DNA from: a virus
DNA: 64,000 bases
IMG/VR virus record: IMGVR_UViG_3300045996_000876
Location: 4,869-68,868 of that record
Reading direction: 5' to 3' (one strand)
Positions within the stretch are counted from its first letter, which is position 1, and every line of letters begins with the position of its first letter. A program made the position numbers and the translations under genes. Positions 27,543 through 38,056 of the stretch are shown here, piece after piece. The notes under the pieces were generated by a model. That model saw only the letters and a program-made list of their open reading frames with translations. It did no database searches and was not told the DNA's origin.

Positions 27543-28367
27543 ATGGCTCTCAAGGCAATCATCGACTCCATCGATGGTCTCTCGGAAGATGTCAAGAAGG
27601 AATACAAGCCTGGAGAAGGCAAGCTCCAAGGCAAATTCGTTCTGGACGTGGCGGAGGTCGATGGCTTCGCACTCGACAACGTAGGCACCCTCAAGACCAC
27701 GCTCCAGAAGGAGCGGGAGACGGTGGCCACGCTGAAGAAGTCCGTGAAAGCCTTTGATGGCCTTGACGCAGCCCAAGCTCGGGAGGCGCTGGAGAAGCTG
27801 GAGGAGATCAAGAACTTCAACCCGGATCAGAAGATCACGGAAGGCATCCGCCAGCGGGAAGAGCAGCTGTCGAAGAAGTGGAAGAAGGAGGTGGATGACC
27901 GCGAAGAAGCGATCAAGGCCACCACCAAGCAGCTGGAAGAAGTCCTGATTGACAACGCGGCGGTCAAGGCGCTCAGCGAGGCCAAAGGCTCCGCGAAGCT
28001 CTTGCTGCCCCACGTCAAGACGCGTACGCGGTTGCGCAAGACCGATGCCGGTCAGTATGTCGTGGAGGTGGTGGACGAGAACGGCACTGCCCGTATCTCT
28101 CCGAAGGCAGGAAGCCAGGACCCAATGACCATCTCTGAGCTCATCTCGGAGATGCGTGGAAGTGATGACTACGCATCGGCGTTCGCTGCGTCCGGTGCGA
28201 ATGGCTCGGGTGCTCCGCCAGCTGGCGGAGCTACGGGCGGAAACAGCAGCCCGGTACGTAGCGCGGGCGGGAAGGCGACCAAGACCATTGCTATCTCGGA
28301 CAAGGATGCTATTGCGGCGAACATCGATGGAATCGCCGACGGCTCCGTGGTGGTGTCCGGTATCTAA
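27543..28367 (+). CDS. capsid scaffolding protein
   Basis: Acidic coiled coil with Gly-rich C-terminus (GSGA); directly upstream of the major capsid gene. Confidence 0.75.
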   Translation: MALKAIIDSIDGLSEDVKKEYKPGEGKLQGKFVLDVAEVDGFALDNVGTLKTTLQKERETVATLKKSVKAFDGLDAAQAREALEKLEEIKNFNPDQKITEGIRQREEQLSKKWKKEVDDREEAIKATTKQLEEVLIDNAAVKALSEAKGSAKLLLPHVKTRTRLRKTDAGQYVVEVVDENGTARISPKAGSQDPMTISELISEMRGSDDYASAFAASGANGSGAPPAGGATGGNSSPVRSAGGKATKTIAISDKDAIAANIDGIADGSVVVSGI

Positions 28368-28372
28368 CCTGC

Positions 28373-28483
28373 GAGCGTGATGCTCAACGGATAGTTCTCC
28401 GGGCGCAGGTCTGAAGAGGGATTCTGAAGACTTGTACCTTGTCCCAGTGGTCTAGAGCGGGATGCTCCGCGAGCGTGATGCTC
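28373..28483 (+). promoter_or_regulatory. three GAGC-G(T/G)GAT-GCTC mini-hairpins in the capsid leader
   Basis: Copies at 28373-28385, 28455-28467 and 28471-28483. Confidence 0.55.
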
Positions 28484-28529
28484 GTGAAATCGTGTTTGAC
28501 AAAGTTTGTCTCGAACAAAGGAATGCCGT

Positions 28530-29699
28530 ATGGCAAACGATCTCAGTAACATCATGCCGAAGATTCTGGCCCGTGGCCTGAAGGTTCTCCGGCAGCGCTG
28601 CTCGATGCCCCGCCTGGTCAACTCCGACTACTCCAACGACGCCAAGGAGAAGGGTGACACGATTGACGTGCCAATCTCCGTGGCCTCCTCCGTGGAAGAC
28701 GTGGCGCCGGCAAACGTGCCGCCCGCAGGCGAAGACACCACGCCCACCAAGATCCAGATTGCGCTGGACCGGTGGAAGCAGTGCAAGCCGTTCCACCTGT
28801 CCGACAAGGACATGGCGAACATCGACAAGAATGCCCACTTCCTCCCGGGCGCGATCGAAGAAGGCGTCAAGGCACTGGCCAACTACGTCAACCAGGACTT
28901 GCTGAACTGCTACCTGGGCGTGTACGGGTACGTCGGAACCGCGGGCACCACGCCGTTCGGCTCGGGCGTTGGCGTCCAGTCGGCCACGAACATCCGCAAG
29001 GTTCTCTCCCAGCAGCTCACCCCTGCGGACAACCGCCGTGCCGTGATCGACCACGTGGCGGACGCGGCCATGCTCAGCCTGGCGGAGTTCAGCGACGTTG
29101 AGAAGGTTGGCGACCCCAACATCAAGCTCAACGGCGAAATCGGCCGCAAGTACGGCATCGACTGGTATGCCGATGACCATGTCCCGCGTCACACGGCGGG
29201 AACGATCACCACTGGGCTCATCGCCAAGGCGGCGACGGCTCAGGCCGTGGGCGATACCTCGATTGTCTGCACCACTGCGGCATCGACCGGTGCGTGCGCC
29301 CTTCTGGAAGGTGACATCGTTGAGTTCGCGGGCGATAGCCAGACGTATGTCCTCACCGCTGCCGCCACCCAGGCGTCTGCCGCCACGGACGTTACGCTGA
29401 ACATCTCGCCCGGGAAGCTCGTTGCCCTGACGGGTAGCGAAGAAGTCACGGTCAAGGCTTCTCACCGCGTGAACCTGGCCTTCCACCGCGAAGCAATCGC
29501 GTTTGCCACCCGCCCGCTGGTGGACAACGAGAACCTTGGCGACCTGGGCCAGAAGGTTCTTAGCTTCCCTGATCCCATCTCCGGTCTGACCCTGCGTCTG
29601 ACCGTGATGCGCCAGTGGATGCGCGTTGCGTGGGTGTTCGATATCCTCTGGGGCCGCAAGCTGGTGCGTCCGGAGTTTGCCGCACGCCTTGCTGGGTAA
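28530..29699 (+). CDS. major capsid protein (P22 coat-like, with insertion domain)
   Basis: LVNSDY...GDTIDVP; NLAFHREAIAFATRPL; FDILWG..LVRPEFA. Confidence 0.9.
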   Translation: MANDLSNIMPKILARGLKVLRQRCSMPRLVNSDYSNDAKEKGDTIDVPISVASSVEDVAPANVPPAGEDTTPTKIQIALDRWKQCKPFHLSDKDMANIDKNAHFLPGAIEEGVKALANYVNQDLLNCYLGVYGYVGTAGTTPFGSGVGVQSATNIRKVLSQQLTPADNRRAVIDHVADAAMLSLAEFSDVEKVGDPNIKLNGEIGRKYGIDWYADDHVPRHTAGTITTGLIAKAATAQAVGDTSIVCTTAASTGACALLEGDIVEFAGDSQTYVLTAAATQASAATDVTLNISPGKLVALTGSEEVTVKASHRVNLAFHREAIAFATRPLVDNENLGDLGQKVLSFPDPISGLTLRLTVMRQWMRVAWVFDILWGRKLVRPEFAARLAG

Positions 29700-29807
29700 G
29701 CCCAGTCAGTCTTTTCAACGTTCACGTCATGGCCCGCTATCGAAGCAATTCGGTAGCGGGCCTGCCGCGTTGTTACTCTTCACTACCTCTTATCAGGAGC
29801 GTTTGTC

Positions 29808-30077
29808 ATGCCAATCGTCCCTTCTCAGATTCAGCCCCAGCCGGTTCAAACCGTGGAAGTCGTTGGACCAGCTGGTCGCATCAAGATCAACGATACCGAC
29901 CTGGCGGATTACAAGTCCAAGGGCTATGTGCTCTCGACCGACAAGAAGGCACTCGCCATCCAGGCGGAAGAGGCGGCGCGGGCTGCGGACGCTGCGGCAA
30001 AGGCGGCTGAGGCTGCGCGGGCGGCTGCGGAAGCGGCCAGCGCTGAAGCCGAAGGCGAGACTGTCAGCGACGAGTAA
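29808..30077 (+). CDS. hypothetical head-region protein
   Basis: AGGAG RBS; Ala-rich helix. Confidence 0.6.
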   Translation: MPIVPSQIQPQPVQTVEVVGPAGRIKINDTDLADYKSKGYVLSTDKKALAIQAEEAARAADAAAKAAEAARAAAEAASAEAEGETVSDE

Positions 30078-30097
30078 GTGATCCTGGGTAAGAGTTT

Positions 30098-30135
30098 GCG
30101 GCGGGCGGAGGTTGTATACCGCCCGCCGCTACTTT
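30098..30135 (+). terminator. intrinsic terminator
   Basis: GCGGCGGGCGG/CCGCCCGCCGC followed by TACTTT. Confidence 0.65.
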
Positions 30136-30148
30136 GGTATGGTGAGCT

Positions 30149-30658
30149 ATGATCGTTGAAACCGGTGAAGGGTTAGCTGACGCTGACTCCCTCTGCTCCG
30201 TAGCCTTTGCGGACGCGTACCACGTTGCTCAAGGCAACATAGCGTGGGCAGCCGCGATCAACGCTACCAAAGAAGCGGCACTGATCAAGGCAACTCTCTA
30301 CTTGGAGACGATGTACAGCGGTCGATGGATTGAGCGACGGGTTCACGAGCTTCAGGCACTGGCGTGGCCGCGATGCTACGTCGTGGATGTGGATGGGTTC
30401 GCTCTCGGCTCCGACGTTGTGCCGAAGCAGGTGAAGCAGGCAGTCGCGGAGGTTGCCTTGCGGGTGGTCAATGGCGATACGCTCCTGCCCGACGTAGCGA
30501 CGGCTGATGCGAACGTAGTGAGTGAGTCCGTTAGCGTTGGTCCGATCTCAACCAGCACGACGTACAGCGGGAAGAAGGCGACCAAGAAGCGCTACGAAGT
30601 CGTTGAGAGCTTGCTGAGAACCTGGCTGTCTCCGCGACACCAAATCTGGAGAGCTTGA
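30149..30658 (+). CDS. head-tail adaptor (DnaT-like annotated family)
   Basis: IVETGEGLADADS..SVA.ADAYH; QALAWPR; VGPIST. Confidence 0.8.
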   Translation: MIVETGEGLADADSLCSVAFADAYHVAQGNIAWAAAINATKEAALIKATLYLETMYSGRWIERRVHELQALAWPRCYVVDVDGFALGSDVVPKQVKQAVAEVALRVVNGDTLLPDVATADANVVSESVSVGPISTSTTYSGKKATKKRYEVVESLLRTWLSPRHQIWRA

Positions 30659-31023
30659 TGCCCACGGAACTCGACATCAAGTTGATCCCGAAGGTACTGG
30701 AGATCATTCAGCGGTTTGGCTTCTCCGTAACGTTGATCACTCCCGCCCAGAGCTATAGCGTAGCGACCGGAGCGACGACAACGACCACGACCAGCCAGAC
30801 AGCGTATATCACTCCGCCTGAACCGTATGAACGCAAGTACGTGGATGGAACTTCGATCCTCGCAGCGGACCTCCGGACGTACATGGCCGCGAGCGGGCTG
30901 TCGGGAGAGCCCAAGCCCAATGCGAAGATAACGATCAGCGGGCGGAGCTATACGATCATCCCGCCCGTAAAGCCTATCATGACGGGCGAGCAGATTGCCC
31001 TCTATGAGCTTCAACTCCGATGA
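30655..31023 (+). CDS. head closure / stopper protein
   Basis: Size and position; YELQLR C-terminus. Confidence 0.7.
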   Translation: MMPTELDIKLIPKVLEIIQRFGFSVTLITPAQSYSVATGATTTTTTSQTAYITPPEPYERKYVDGTSILAADLRTYMAASGLSGEPKPNAKITISGRSYTIIPPVKPIMTGEQIALYELQLR

Positions 31024-31505
31024 CCCAGTTTAGCCTTCCCAACTTCGATCCCAAGCAGAAGGCTAACACGCTCGCGGAGTTCAACAAGGCGCTGAAGGAG
31101 ACGGCTGAGAAGCTTCTCCCTCAGCAAGTGAAGCTCCTCCAACAAAAGATCGCGTTGGAGTTGCTTCGTCGTATCGTTATGAAGACTCCGGTGGATACCG
31201 GGCGGGCCAGAGGTAACTGGCAGCTGACCTTGAAAGAGCGGGCGGAGGGGGAAGTTGGGGAAGATATACTGGACGCCACGGCAGCGGGAACCGGAGAGCA
31301 GGCTCAGGACGCCAACGCGGTCCGTGCGGCGGGTACGGTGATCGAAGGAGCGGCCAAGGTTCTACGCGGGCTGAAGCCGTTCTCTATCTGTTACATCACG
31401 AACAACGTGCCGTACATCGTCTACCTGGAAGAAGGCTCAAGCAAGCAGGCACCTCAGGGCATGGTCGCTCTCTCGCTCCACGAAATGTTGAGTATGTTTC
31501 AATGA
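31020..31505 (+). CDS. HK97 gp10-like tail completion protein
   Basis: TPVDTGRARGNW; NNVPYI..LEEGSSKQAP.GM. Confidence 0.85.
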   Translation: MTQFSLPNFDPKQKANTLAEFNKALKETAEKLLPQQVKLLQQKIALELLRRIVMKTPVDTGRARGNWQLTLKERAEGEVGEDILDATAAGTGEQAQDANAVRAAGTVIEGAAKVLRGLKPFSICYITNNVPYIVYLEEGSSKQAPQGMVALSLHEMLSMFQ

Positions 31506-31909
31506 CGTTTGAACAGACCAAAGCTGCGATTCGAGACCGCTTCAAGACGTTGGTCGCAGACGTCCAGAGCTTGACCACCACGTACGACAACGCGCCGTTC
31601 ACGGAACCGGAGACGGGCAAGTGGGCACGGCTCACGATCCTCTCTGGGCAGTCAACTCAGATCACGGTGGGGGCACCGGGCAATAACCTCTCGCGGTACC
31701 CGGGCTTAGTCGTCATCCAGATGTTTGACTTGGCCCAGCAAGGCGATAAGAACTTGCTGGCTCTCGCGGATGCGATCAACGCCGCATTCAGCGACAAGGT
31801 TCTGTCGGGGATAACGTACCGCAGAGCAAGCCTTCAAGAGGTTGGCACGCGTGGAAAGTGGTACCAGGTCAACGTGAACATTCCGTTTCTCTCCGATAGC
31901 TACGGATGA
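31502..31909 (+). CDS. tail terminator protein
   Basis: YDNAPF.EP..WARLTI; WYQVNVNIPF; position. Confidence 0.75.
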   Translation: MTFEQTKAAIRDRFKTLVADVQSLTTTYDNAPFTEPETGKWARLTILSGQSTQITVGAPGNNLSRYPGLVVIQMFDLAQQGDKNLLALADAINAAFSDKVLSGITYRRASLQEVGTRGKWYQVNVNIPFLSDSYG

Positions 31910-31922
31910 TTAGGAGTCGGGT

Positions 31923-34900
31923 ATGCCTACGGCACCCATAGCTCGATGGAACATCGAGCCATATCAGACGTTTGCGGGGCAGTTCAGAGTGCCTATTAAG
32001 GCATACCACCCCAGCGGTATTGTGAGCGCATCTTATGTGGTGACTAGCAACGCGGGCACTGCGGCTCCGGTAGTTATCACCGATAAGGCTTTCAATACGC
32101 ATTCCGGTAACAGTGGGGCCTATGGCGTTCCTTCTCCTGGTGAGTGGGAACTGTTTCTCTCCCTCAACGCTGCCGATTATGACGACGAAGATTTATCTAT
32201 CGTCGCCACCGTCACTAACGGTGACGCTGAGACTACCGTGCTTGAAGCTCTGATCGTGTCCGTCAATGATGGCGGTACCCTTCCCACGTATGAAAAGTTT
32301 GTCGCCACGACGGGAAGTGATAGCAACGATGGAAGCTCGGGAACGCCCTATCTGACGACGATGAAGGGCATTCGAGGAATCGCTGCCGCTGCTGCAGCCG
32401 GCGCGGATGGCGGGCAAGTGTCCGCCTATCCAGGCTCCTACCAGCTTGGAACTTATGCTTTTCCGGTGGTGGAGACTACGAATCGGTGGGTGACCATAGC
32501 GCCGGCAACGGGCTATGACGCCACTGATGTAACGATTAGCGGTTCCGCGGACACCAACGGACTCTTCACCAAACTCCTCCGGTTACAAGATGTGACGATC
32601 ACCGGACGAGTAGACACCGTTGGTGAAAGTGTCGCGGTTCCCGTCCAGCATCTTTCCTTATCTGGATGTGTTATTGATCGGGGCGGGCGTGATCTTGTAA
32701 GTGCTCCCACCTTCAACTTCTCAGGGTTCAATGGGCAGGTTCACGCAAAGAATACTACCCTACAGAACTCCTTCAATGGATTCACCTCCACCATCAACAT
32801 CGGGGTGTTCCTCAACGTCAAAGTTCTTACCATCACTCAGATTGGCCATGAGGGATTCAGCAACTCCCTTCTTCTGAATTGCCTGGTGGATGGAATCTCC
32901 GTTGCTCCCTATCTGGTCAACAATCCGGGCGAGGTAGGCGACCCGCCGCACCCTGACGTAGCTAAAATCAACTCAGGATCCAACACCATCATCGAGCGGC
33001 TGGTAGCCGCTAATTGTACCGCCCAAGGTATCTTTATTGGGGCGAATCAAATCGTCTCCAACCTCGCCATCGTGGATACCGATTGCGCCACCTCAGGTTT
33101 CAGCCGCTCGGGATTCTCTGCGGCCGGAACTCTCACGAATGCCTACATTAAAGGGTGTAAACTAGGCTCGTGGAACTACGATGGACTGACCGCTATTGAC
33201 GTGGTGTTCGAAGATACCCTTGTCGCAGGGGTCGAACCTTCTGACGCGGTCTCTGGCGTCTCTTACGTCCAGAATGCTCCCGTCATCGACTACGCGTACA
33301 TCCCCTCCGACGGCGAAAGCATTGTCTGTAAGCTGTCCAAGTTTGGATGCACGCCTACCAGCGGGGCAAGCGCAGGCGGATTTACTCTTGCTGGAACCTC
33401 CCGCACCGTCACAGCGTGGGCGATTAGCGGACAGTGGCTCACCTTGACTCTATCCGGGGCTGTCGGAGCGGGCGACACCGTCACTCTAGATTACGACGGC
33501 ACGGCAGCTATTGAGGACGTAGGGGAGCGGGCACTAGCTTCTATTTCCGATAACTCGATAACAAATCTGAGTGGAGTCGTGCCTATGATTACTGGCGACA
33601 TGCTCAACGTTCTGGCCGATGATCTAATCGGCACAGGGCTCAACACTAGCGATCCGGTCGGAACATGCGGAGACGGAACGTCATCGGGCGCGAATCGTCC
33701 GACCTGGACTCCCGCTTCTTACAACGGTCACGCCGGGCTTACGATGACCGCGTCACAGTTCTTAGCACTCGCCAGCGCCGCTTATTCGACGTGGAACGGT
33801 GCGGTGTTACAGAATGGGCTCACGGTCTACATCGCCATCAAGCCTACCGTCGCGACGGAAGGGCAAGTGTTTGGCGGCGCGGGTACAGGCGAATATTCGC
33901 TCCGTATGAATCGAAACACGTTCGCGGAACTTGAGGGAAGTTGCCGCATCGACGTTTCCAAGGGCGGGGACGAGATTCACGCAGCAACCGGAGATATGGG
34001 GTACAACGCGAACGATATGACGTATCTCGCTATGCGAGTGAACGCCAATCCGATAGATTGGGGGACGGTTCTCTCCGTAGACTTCTGGGTGATTGTCGGA
34101 ACGGGCGCAGTATCCGCGAAGTTCAGCGTGGCGGGCGGTTCCGGGGTTTCGCCCTTTGGCGCAATCTCCACTGCCTTCAACCTGGGCGGAGCACTCGCGG
34201 GTATTTACTATCAGCTTGCTGCCGACAACGACAGTACTGCCGACGATGCTGGCGTGGTCGCCAAGCTGGAAGGGATGCAAGACTATTTCGAAACGGAATT
34301 GGTTGCCGATCTTGTCGAAGGGTCTCTGGCCGTCTCCCGCAAGAGCTTGCGGCACGTAGCTTTCACCGTTACGGGAGGCGCGGGCGGAACGGGAGCAATC
34401 ACTGACCAACTTCAACGCTCCCCGACTGGTGCGGGTACCTGGACCAACAAGTCTAACCCGGACCGCACGGTGGTTGCTGGAACCACTTACGATTATCGCC
34501 TTGCTTCCACTGATGAGGAGCCGGCAACGGTCTACTCTTCCACCGTGACCGTAGCGGTTCCCTCCCTCACGGCGGGATATACGATCACGCCCGGGGCAGA
34601 CGGCGCGGGGCTGATCCGCCCGGAGACTCCCTCTGTGGATCTGATGACGGATATGCAACCCATCGCACGGGTTGATCGCCGCCATTACGATCTGTACAAG
34701 GAGTCTTTTGATCTGGGCGTTGTCGCGTTTAGCGGAGCAGCAGCAGCGATAGACGGTATTGATACGGTCTATGCTTATCTGAATGGAAACATCTATGAGG
34801 TCAACACCCGTTCGCTCCGGTCCAAGACCTCTCCGGATGGACGCTCGTTTCTCTGGGATGCTTTCAAGTATGTCGTCGATGTAGCTAACTTTTCCGCTCG

Positions 34901-36329
34901 CGGGAGCTATACGGTTTACTTTGAAGTGCTTGCGACGGACGCAGCAAAGAAGCCTCAGGTCATCTCATATACGTTCTACGCAGACCCTGAGGATGAAATC
35001 CCCGCCACCTTTGGGTACTTCGTAGCGGGCAGCATCTACGATCACACGACCTGCTCAATCAATAAGCACCCGAATGAAGTAGGATATCAGCCTGCCGCTA
35101 CTCCGTTCCAAGTGCTCCGCGCTGTCGCTGCTTACAACGAAAGTCTTCTCATCGGCTGGGATCACGCAGGGTATGGTATCGCCTACGCGGAAGAGTCCAA
35201 CGATATCGAGATTGGCGGAGTCACCTATGTTGACGAAGCTCTCGTGGAGGAGACCTGGTTCAGGATTATGGCCGGGCACGATGACGCGGGAAATCCACTC
35301 ACGAAGTCTGATTGCCGCGTAACCGGGTTTGAAAGCGCCGATGGAATGGGACGTCCACTCATCTCCTATGAGAAACTTACCTTTGACGATAGCGGTGGCG
35401 GTACCACGATCCACGGCTTCATCTACCACGCCGATCAATGGGGCGGCTCCATCGGATTCCGCGACATTCGGCTCATTGGTCCGGGAAGTAACTCGGAACT
35501 GGTGGTTGCGTTCAATTGGTACCTGGAAGGGTTCACGGAGGTCTACGCGGAGCATCTTGAGTTTGAGGAGTCCGTTCACGGATTCTGGCATACCACGTTT
35601 GACTTCGATGTACGTCACACTCACACGGCGGGCGTACCCTTCAAGCCCAGCGGCTTGAGCATGTTCCCCTACGTGAATGGAAACGACAACTTCGACTTCG
35701 TAATTCCGGAGCTTGGCGAGCCGGTCCACTCGGATGTCTTGCTGTTCCCTCACACGGGAAGCTCTTCCAACATCATCGTCTACGGGTTGAACGTTCCTTC
35801 GTTCAAGTCTCAGGGACTGTCGTTCAAGGTTAGTGATCCGACGACCATGGTGACGAACGGCGTGGCCTTGGTTAACTCGCATCTCAAGCGGAGCGATGTT
35901 GCGAGTGTTTATGTGAGCCACGTTATTGAAGCGAACCTCCGGCACTTCTACGTATTGAACACGGATATCCCAGATCAATCCTTTGTCTGGGAGCAAGCTA
36001 GCGGCGGGACGATCAACGGGCTGTACATCCATAACAGCCTGTTTTACGCTATCAACAGCGATGAAACCTATACGATGCCGCCTGCGGACAGCTACTCCTC
36101 CGGTAATCACTACATTGACATCGTGGCGGAATCGGGCGTTGCGATTACGCTGGGGATGGCGACCAACGGCGATCCTAGTTTGAATGCGGCAGGTCGCGCC
36201 ACTCGCTCCACCCCTCAGGCGGAAACTTTCCTGACTGTGGATGTGCTAGGGCGTACGCGGCGTGAGGAGTCTCCTGTCGGAGCGTTTGAATACCGGTCCG
36301 GTTCCTTTATCAACACGATGTTCATGTAA
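31923..36329 (+). CDS. large beta-helix / carbohydrate-binding virion protein with two homologous modules
   Basis: FVATTGSDSNDGS motif; beta-helix-like repeats; internal duplication; C-terminal DVLGRTR...VGAFEY. Confidence 0.7.
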   Translation: MPTAPIARWNIEPYQTFAGQFRVPIKAYHPSGIVSASYVVTSNAGTAAPVVITDKAFNTHSGNSGAYGVPSPGEWELFLSLNAADYDDEDLSIVATVTNGDAETTVLEALIVSVNDGGTLPTYEKFVATTGSDSNDGSSGTPYLTTMKGIRGIAAAAAAGADGGQVSAYPGSYQLGTYAFPVVETTNRWVTIAPATGYDATDVTISGSADTNGLFTKLLRLQDVTITGRVDTVGESVAVPVQHLSLSGCVIDRGGRDLVSAPTFNFSGFNGQVHAKNTTLQNSFNGFTSTINIGVFLNVKVLTITQIGHEGFSNSLLLNCLVDGISVAPYLVNNPGEVGDPPHPDVAKINSGSNTIIERLVAANCTAQGIFIGANQIVSNLAIVDTDCATSGFSRSGFSAAGTLTNAYIKGCKLGSWNYDGLTAIDVVFEDTLVAGVEPSDAVSGVSYVQNAPVIDYAYIPSDGESIVCKLSKFGCTPTSGASAGGFTLAGTSRTVTAWAISGQWLTLTLSGAVGAGDTVTLDYDGTAAIEDVGERALASISDNSITNLSGVVPMITGDMLNVLADDLIGTGLNTSDPVGTCGDGTSSGANRPTWTPASYNGHAGLTMTASQFLALASAAYSTWNGAVLQNGLTVYIAIKPTVATEGQVFGGAGTGEYSLRMNRNTFAELEGSCRIDVSKGGDEIHAATGDMGYNANDMTYLAMRVNANPIDWGTVLSVDFWVIVGTGAVSAKFSVAGGSGVSPFGAISTAFNLGGALAGIYYQLAADNDSTADDAGVVAKLEGMQDYFETELVADLVEGSLAVSRKSLRHVAFTVTGGAGGTGAITDQLQRSPTGAGTWTNKSNPDRTVVAGTTYDYRLASTDEEPATVYSSTVTVAVPSLTAGYTITPGADGAGLIRPETPSVDLMTDMQPIARVDRRHYDLYKESFDLGVVAFSGAAAAIDGIDTVYAYLNGNIYEVNTRSLRSKTSPDGRSFLWDAFKYVVDVANFSARGSYTVYFEVLATDAAKKPQVISYTFYADPEDEIPATFGYFVAGSIYDHTTCSINKHPNEVGYQPAATPFQVLRAVAAYNESLLIGWDHAGYGIAYAEESNDIEIGGVTYVDEALVEETWFRIMAGHDDAGNPLTKSDCRVTGFESADGMGRPLISYEKLTFDDSGGGTTIHGFIYHADQWGGSIGFRDIRLIGPGSNSELVVAFNWYLEGFTEVYAEHLEFEESVHGFWHTTFDFDVRHTHTAGVPFKPSGLSMFPYVNGNDNFDFVIPELGEPVHSDVLLFPHTGSSSNIIVYGLNVPSFKSQGLSFKVSDPTTMVTNGVALVNSHLKRSDVASVYVSHVIEANLRHFYVLNTDIPDQSFVWEQASGGTINGLYIHNSLFYAINSDETYTMPPADSYSSGNHYIDIVAESGVAITLGMATNGDPSLNAAGRATRSTPQAETFLTVDVLGRTRREESPVGAFEYRSGSFINTMFM

Positions 36330-36359
36330 GCAACCACCAACCCTTCTTTGGAGAACCAT

Positions 36360-37508
36360 ATGAGTGACACCAATCGAGTACGGGTGGCGTACGTGGAGGA
36401 GACGAGTTATGGCGTCACTCCGGGTACTCCCACGTTACAAATTCTGCGACTGACGAAGGAATCGTTGAAGCAGGATACCTCCACGGTCACCTCGCAGGAG
36501 ATTCGTTCCGACCGTCAAACGTCGGACGTCATCCGCGTGGACGTTGGAGCGAGCGGCGACATTGAGGGCGAGTTGTCGTACAACGCCTACAATGACTTCA
36601 TCCGCTACGCGGTCCAGTCGTCTGCGTGGTCCAGCGTGGTCACGGTCTCCGGTATCGCTGCGGCGACGGCTGCGACGGGCGATAACTCGTACAACGGTAC
36701 GGGTATCGGTGTTGGCATTGTCGCCAACCAGTGGATCAAGGTCTCCGGCTACGCCAACTCCGCGAACAACGGCTACTCCAAGGTGGTCTCCCGGACTGAC
36801 GACAAGATCGTTGTCAAGGGCAAGACCCTCGCGGCGGAGACGGGCGCGACGGCTACGGTGGTGATGGGTGCGCAGATCGTGAACGGTACCACGCAGAAGT
36901 CCGTGACCATCGAGCGGCAATATGCCGACCTCACGAACATCCTCGTCAAGTATCTCGGCATGACCATTGGCAGCTGGGACTTGACGATCCAGACCAACCA
37001 GATCATCACCACGAAGTTCTCCTTGCTGGGTAAGAGCGAGACCAGCACGACGGCGGAGATTGGGTCTGTCTATACGGCTGCGACTACGAAGTCCATTATG
37101 CAGTCTGTGGACAACGTTCTGAACGTCATGGACAACTACGCGAACCTGGGCGTGACCAACTTCACGCTCGCGCTTACGAACAATCTCCGTAAGCGGTCGC
37201 AGGTCGCCACGCTGGGTGCGGTGTCGCTGGGCTCCGGTTCCGTGAACATCACCGGTTCGGTGAACATGTACTTCACCACCGCCGCGATGATGGACAAGTA
37301 TCTCAACTTCACGACCTCCGCCATCTCCGCGATCCTGACCGACGATGCCGGCAATACGATCATCGTGGACCTTCCCTCCGTCAAGTACACCACGGGCGAG
37401 CGCATGGCCACGGGTATCAACGGCGACATCATGGCCAACCTTACGTTCGGAGCTAAGATGGACGCGACGGAAGGGATCATGATTCGTGTCGTGAAATTCG
37501 ACGCGTAA
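36360..37508 (+). CDS. major tail tube protein
   Basis: AYVEETSYGVTP...SQEIRSDRQ...GDIEGELSY. Confidence 0.88.
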   Translation: MSDTNRVRVAYVEETSYGVTPGTPTLQILRLTKESLKQDTSTVTSQEIRSDRQTSDVIRVDVGASGDIEGELSYNAYNDFIRYAVQSSAWSSVVTVSGIAAATAATGDNSYNGTGIGVGIVANQWIKVSGYANSANNGYSKVVSRTDDKIVVKGKTLAAETGATATVVMGAQIVNGTTQKSVTIERQYADLTNILVKYLGMTIGSWDLTIQTNQIITTKFSLLGKSETSTTAEIGSVYTAATTKSIMQSVDNVLNVMDNYANLGVTNFTLALTNNLRKRSQVATLGAVSLGSGSVNITGSVNMYFTTAAMMDKYLNFTTSAISAILTDDAGNTIIVDLPSVKYTTGERMATGINGDIMANLTFGAKMDATEGIMIRVVKFDA

Positions 37509-37544
37509 TCCGTTCCCTCCTCCGCTCAGATCGGATAGACTACG

Positions 37545-37581
37545 GCGGGCAGCTTCCCTAGCGGCGGCTGCCCGCTTCTTT
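37545..37581 (+). terminator. intrinsic terminator
   Basis: GCGGGCAGC/GCTGCCCGC followed by TTCTTT. Confidence 0.6.
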
Positions 37582-37660
37582 GGCCTCCGGGCCAGATAAT
37601 TTCGGGGCGCAGCTCCGGGCTGGCTTCCGTTGGCAGCGTTCAGCAATAGGAGTAGAGTTC

Positions 37661-38056
37661 ATGAAGCTTTCGGCGTTCAAAACGAATCCGGACAAGGAGG
37701 AGAAGGGAGTATGGGTAGATGCGGGAGCGGGTTTGCGCCTGCGCATCGCCCGGATGAACAACCCCGCGTTTGACGAGTTTATCCGCAAGGCGGCCAAGCC
37801 ACTGGCGTCTCAGCTGCGGCTCGGGACGCTGGAGGTCAAGACGGCGGAGGAGCTCACAGCGCGGGCGATGTCCAGGCACGTCTTGCTGGGCTGGGAGAAC
37901 CTTCAGAACGATGATGGCTCGGATATTCCGTTCAGCCAGGACAAGGCATATGAGCTCCTGACGACCCACCGGGACTTCTTCCGGATGGTCAGCGACTTCG
38001 CCAACGATGCGTCGCTGTTCCGGGACGCACTGGACGAGCAAGCCGCAAAAAACTAA
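37661..38056 (+). CDS. tail assembly chaperone (gpG-like)
   Basis: AGGAG RBS; EEKGVWV...LLGWENL; ends in a slippery AKN. Confidence 0.8.
   Translation: MKLSAFKTNPDKEEKGVWVDAGAGLRLRIARMNNPAFDEFIRKAAKPLASQLRLGTLEVKTAEELTARAMSRHVLLGWENLQNDDGSDIPFSQDKAYELLTTHRDFFRMVSDFANDASLFRDALDEQAAKN
38047..38053 (+). other. -1 programmed ribosomal frameshift site A AAA AAC
   Basis: X XXY YYZ heptamer before TAA; the -1 frame reads L-T-A-C-L-E-W into ORF 38065-38406. Confidence 0.8.
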
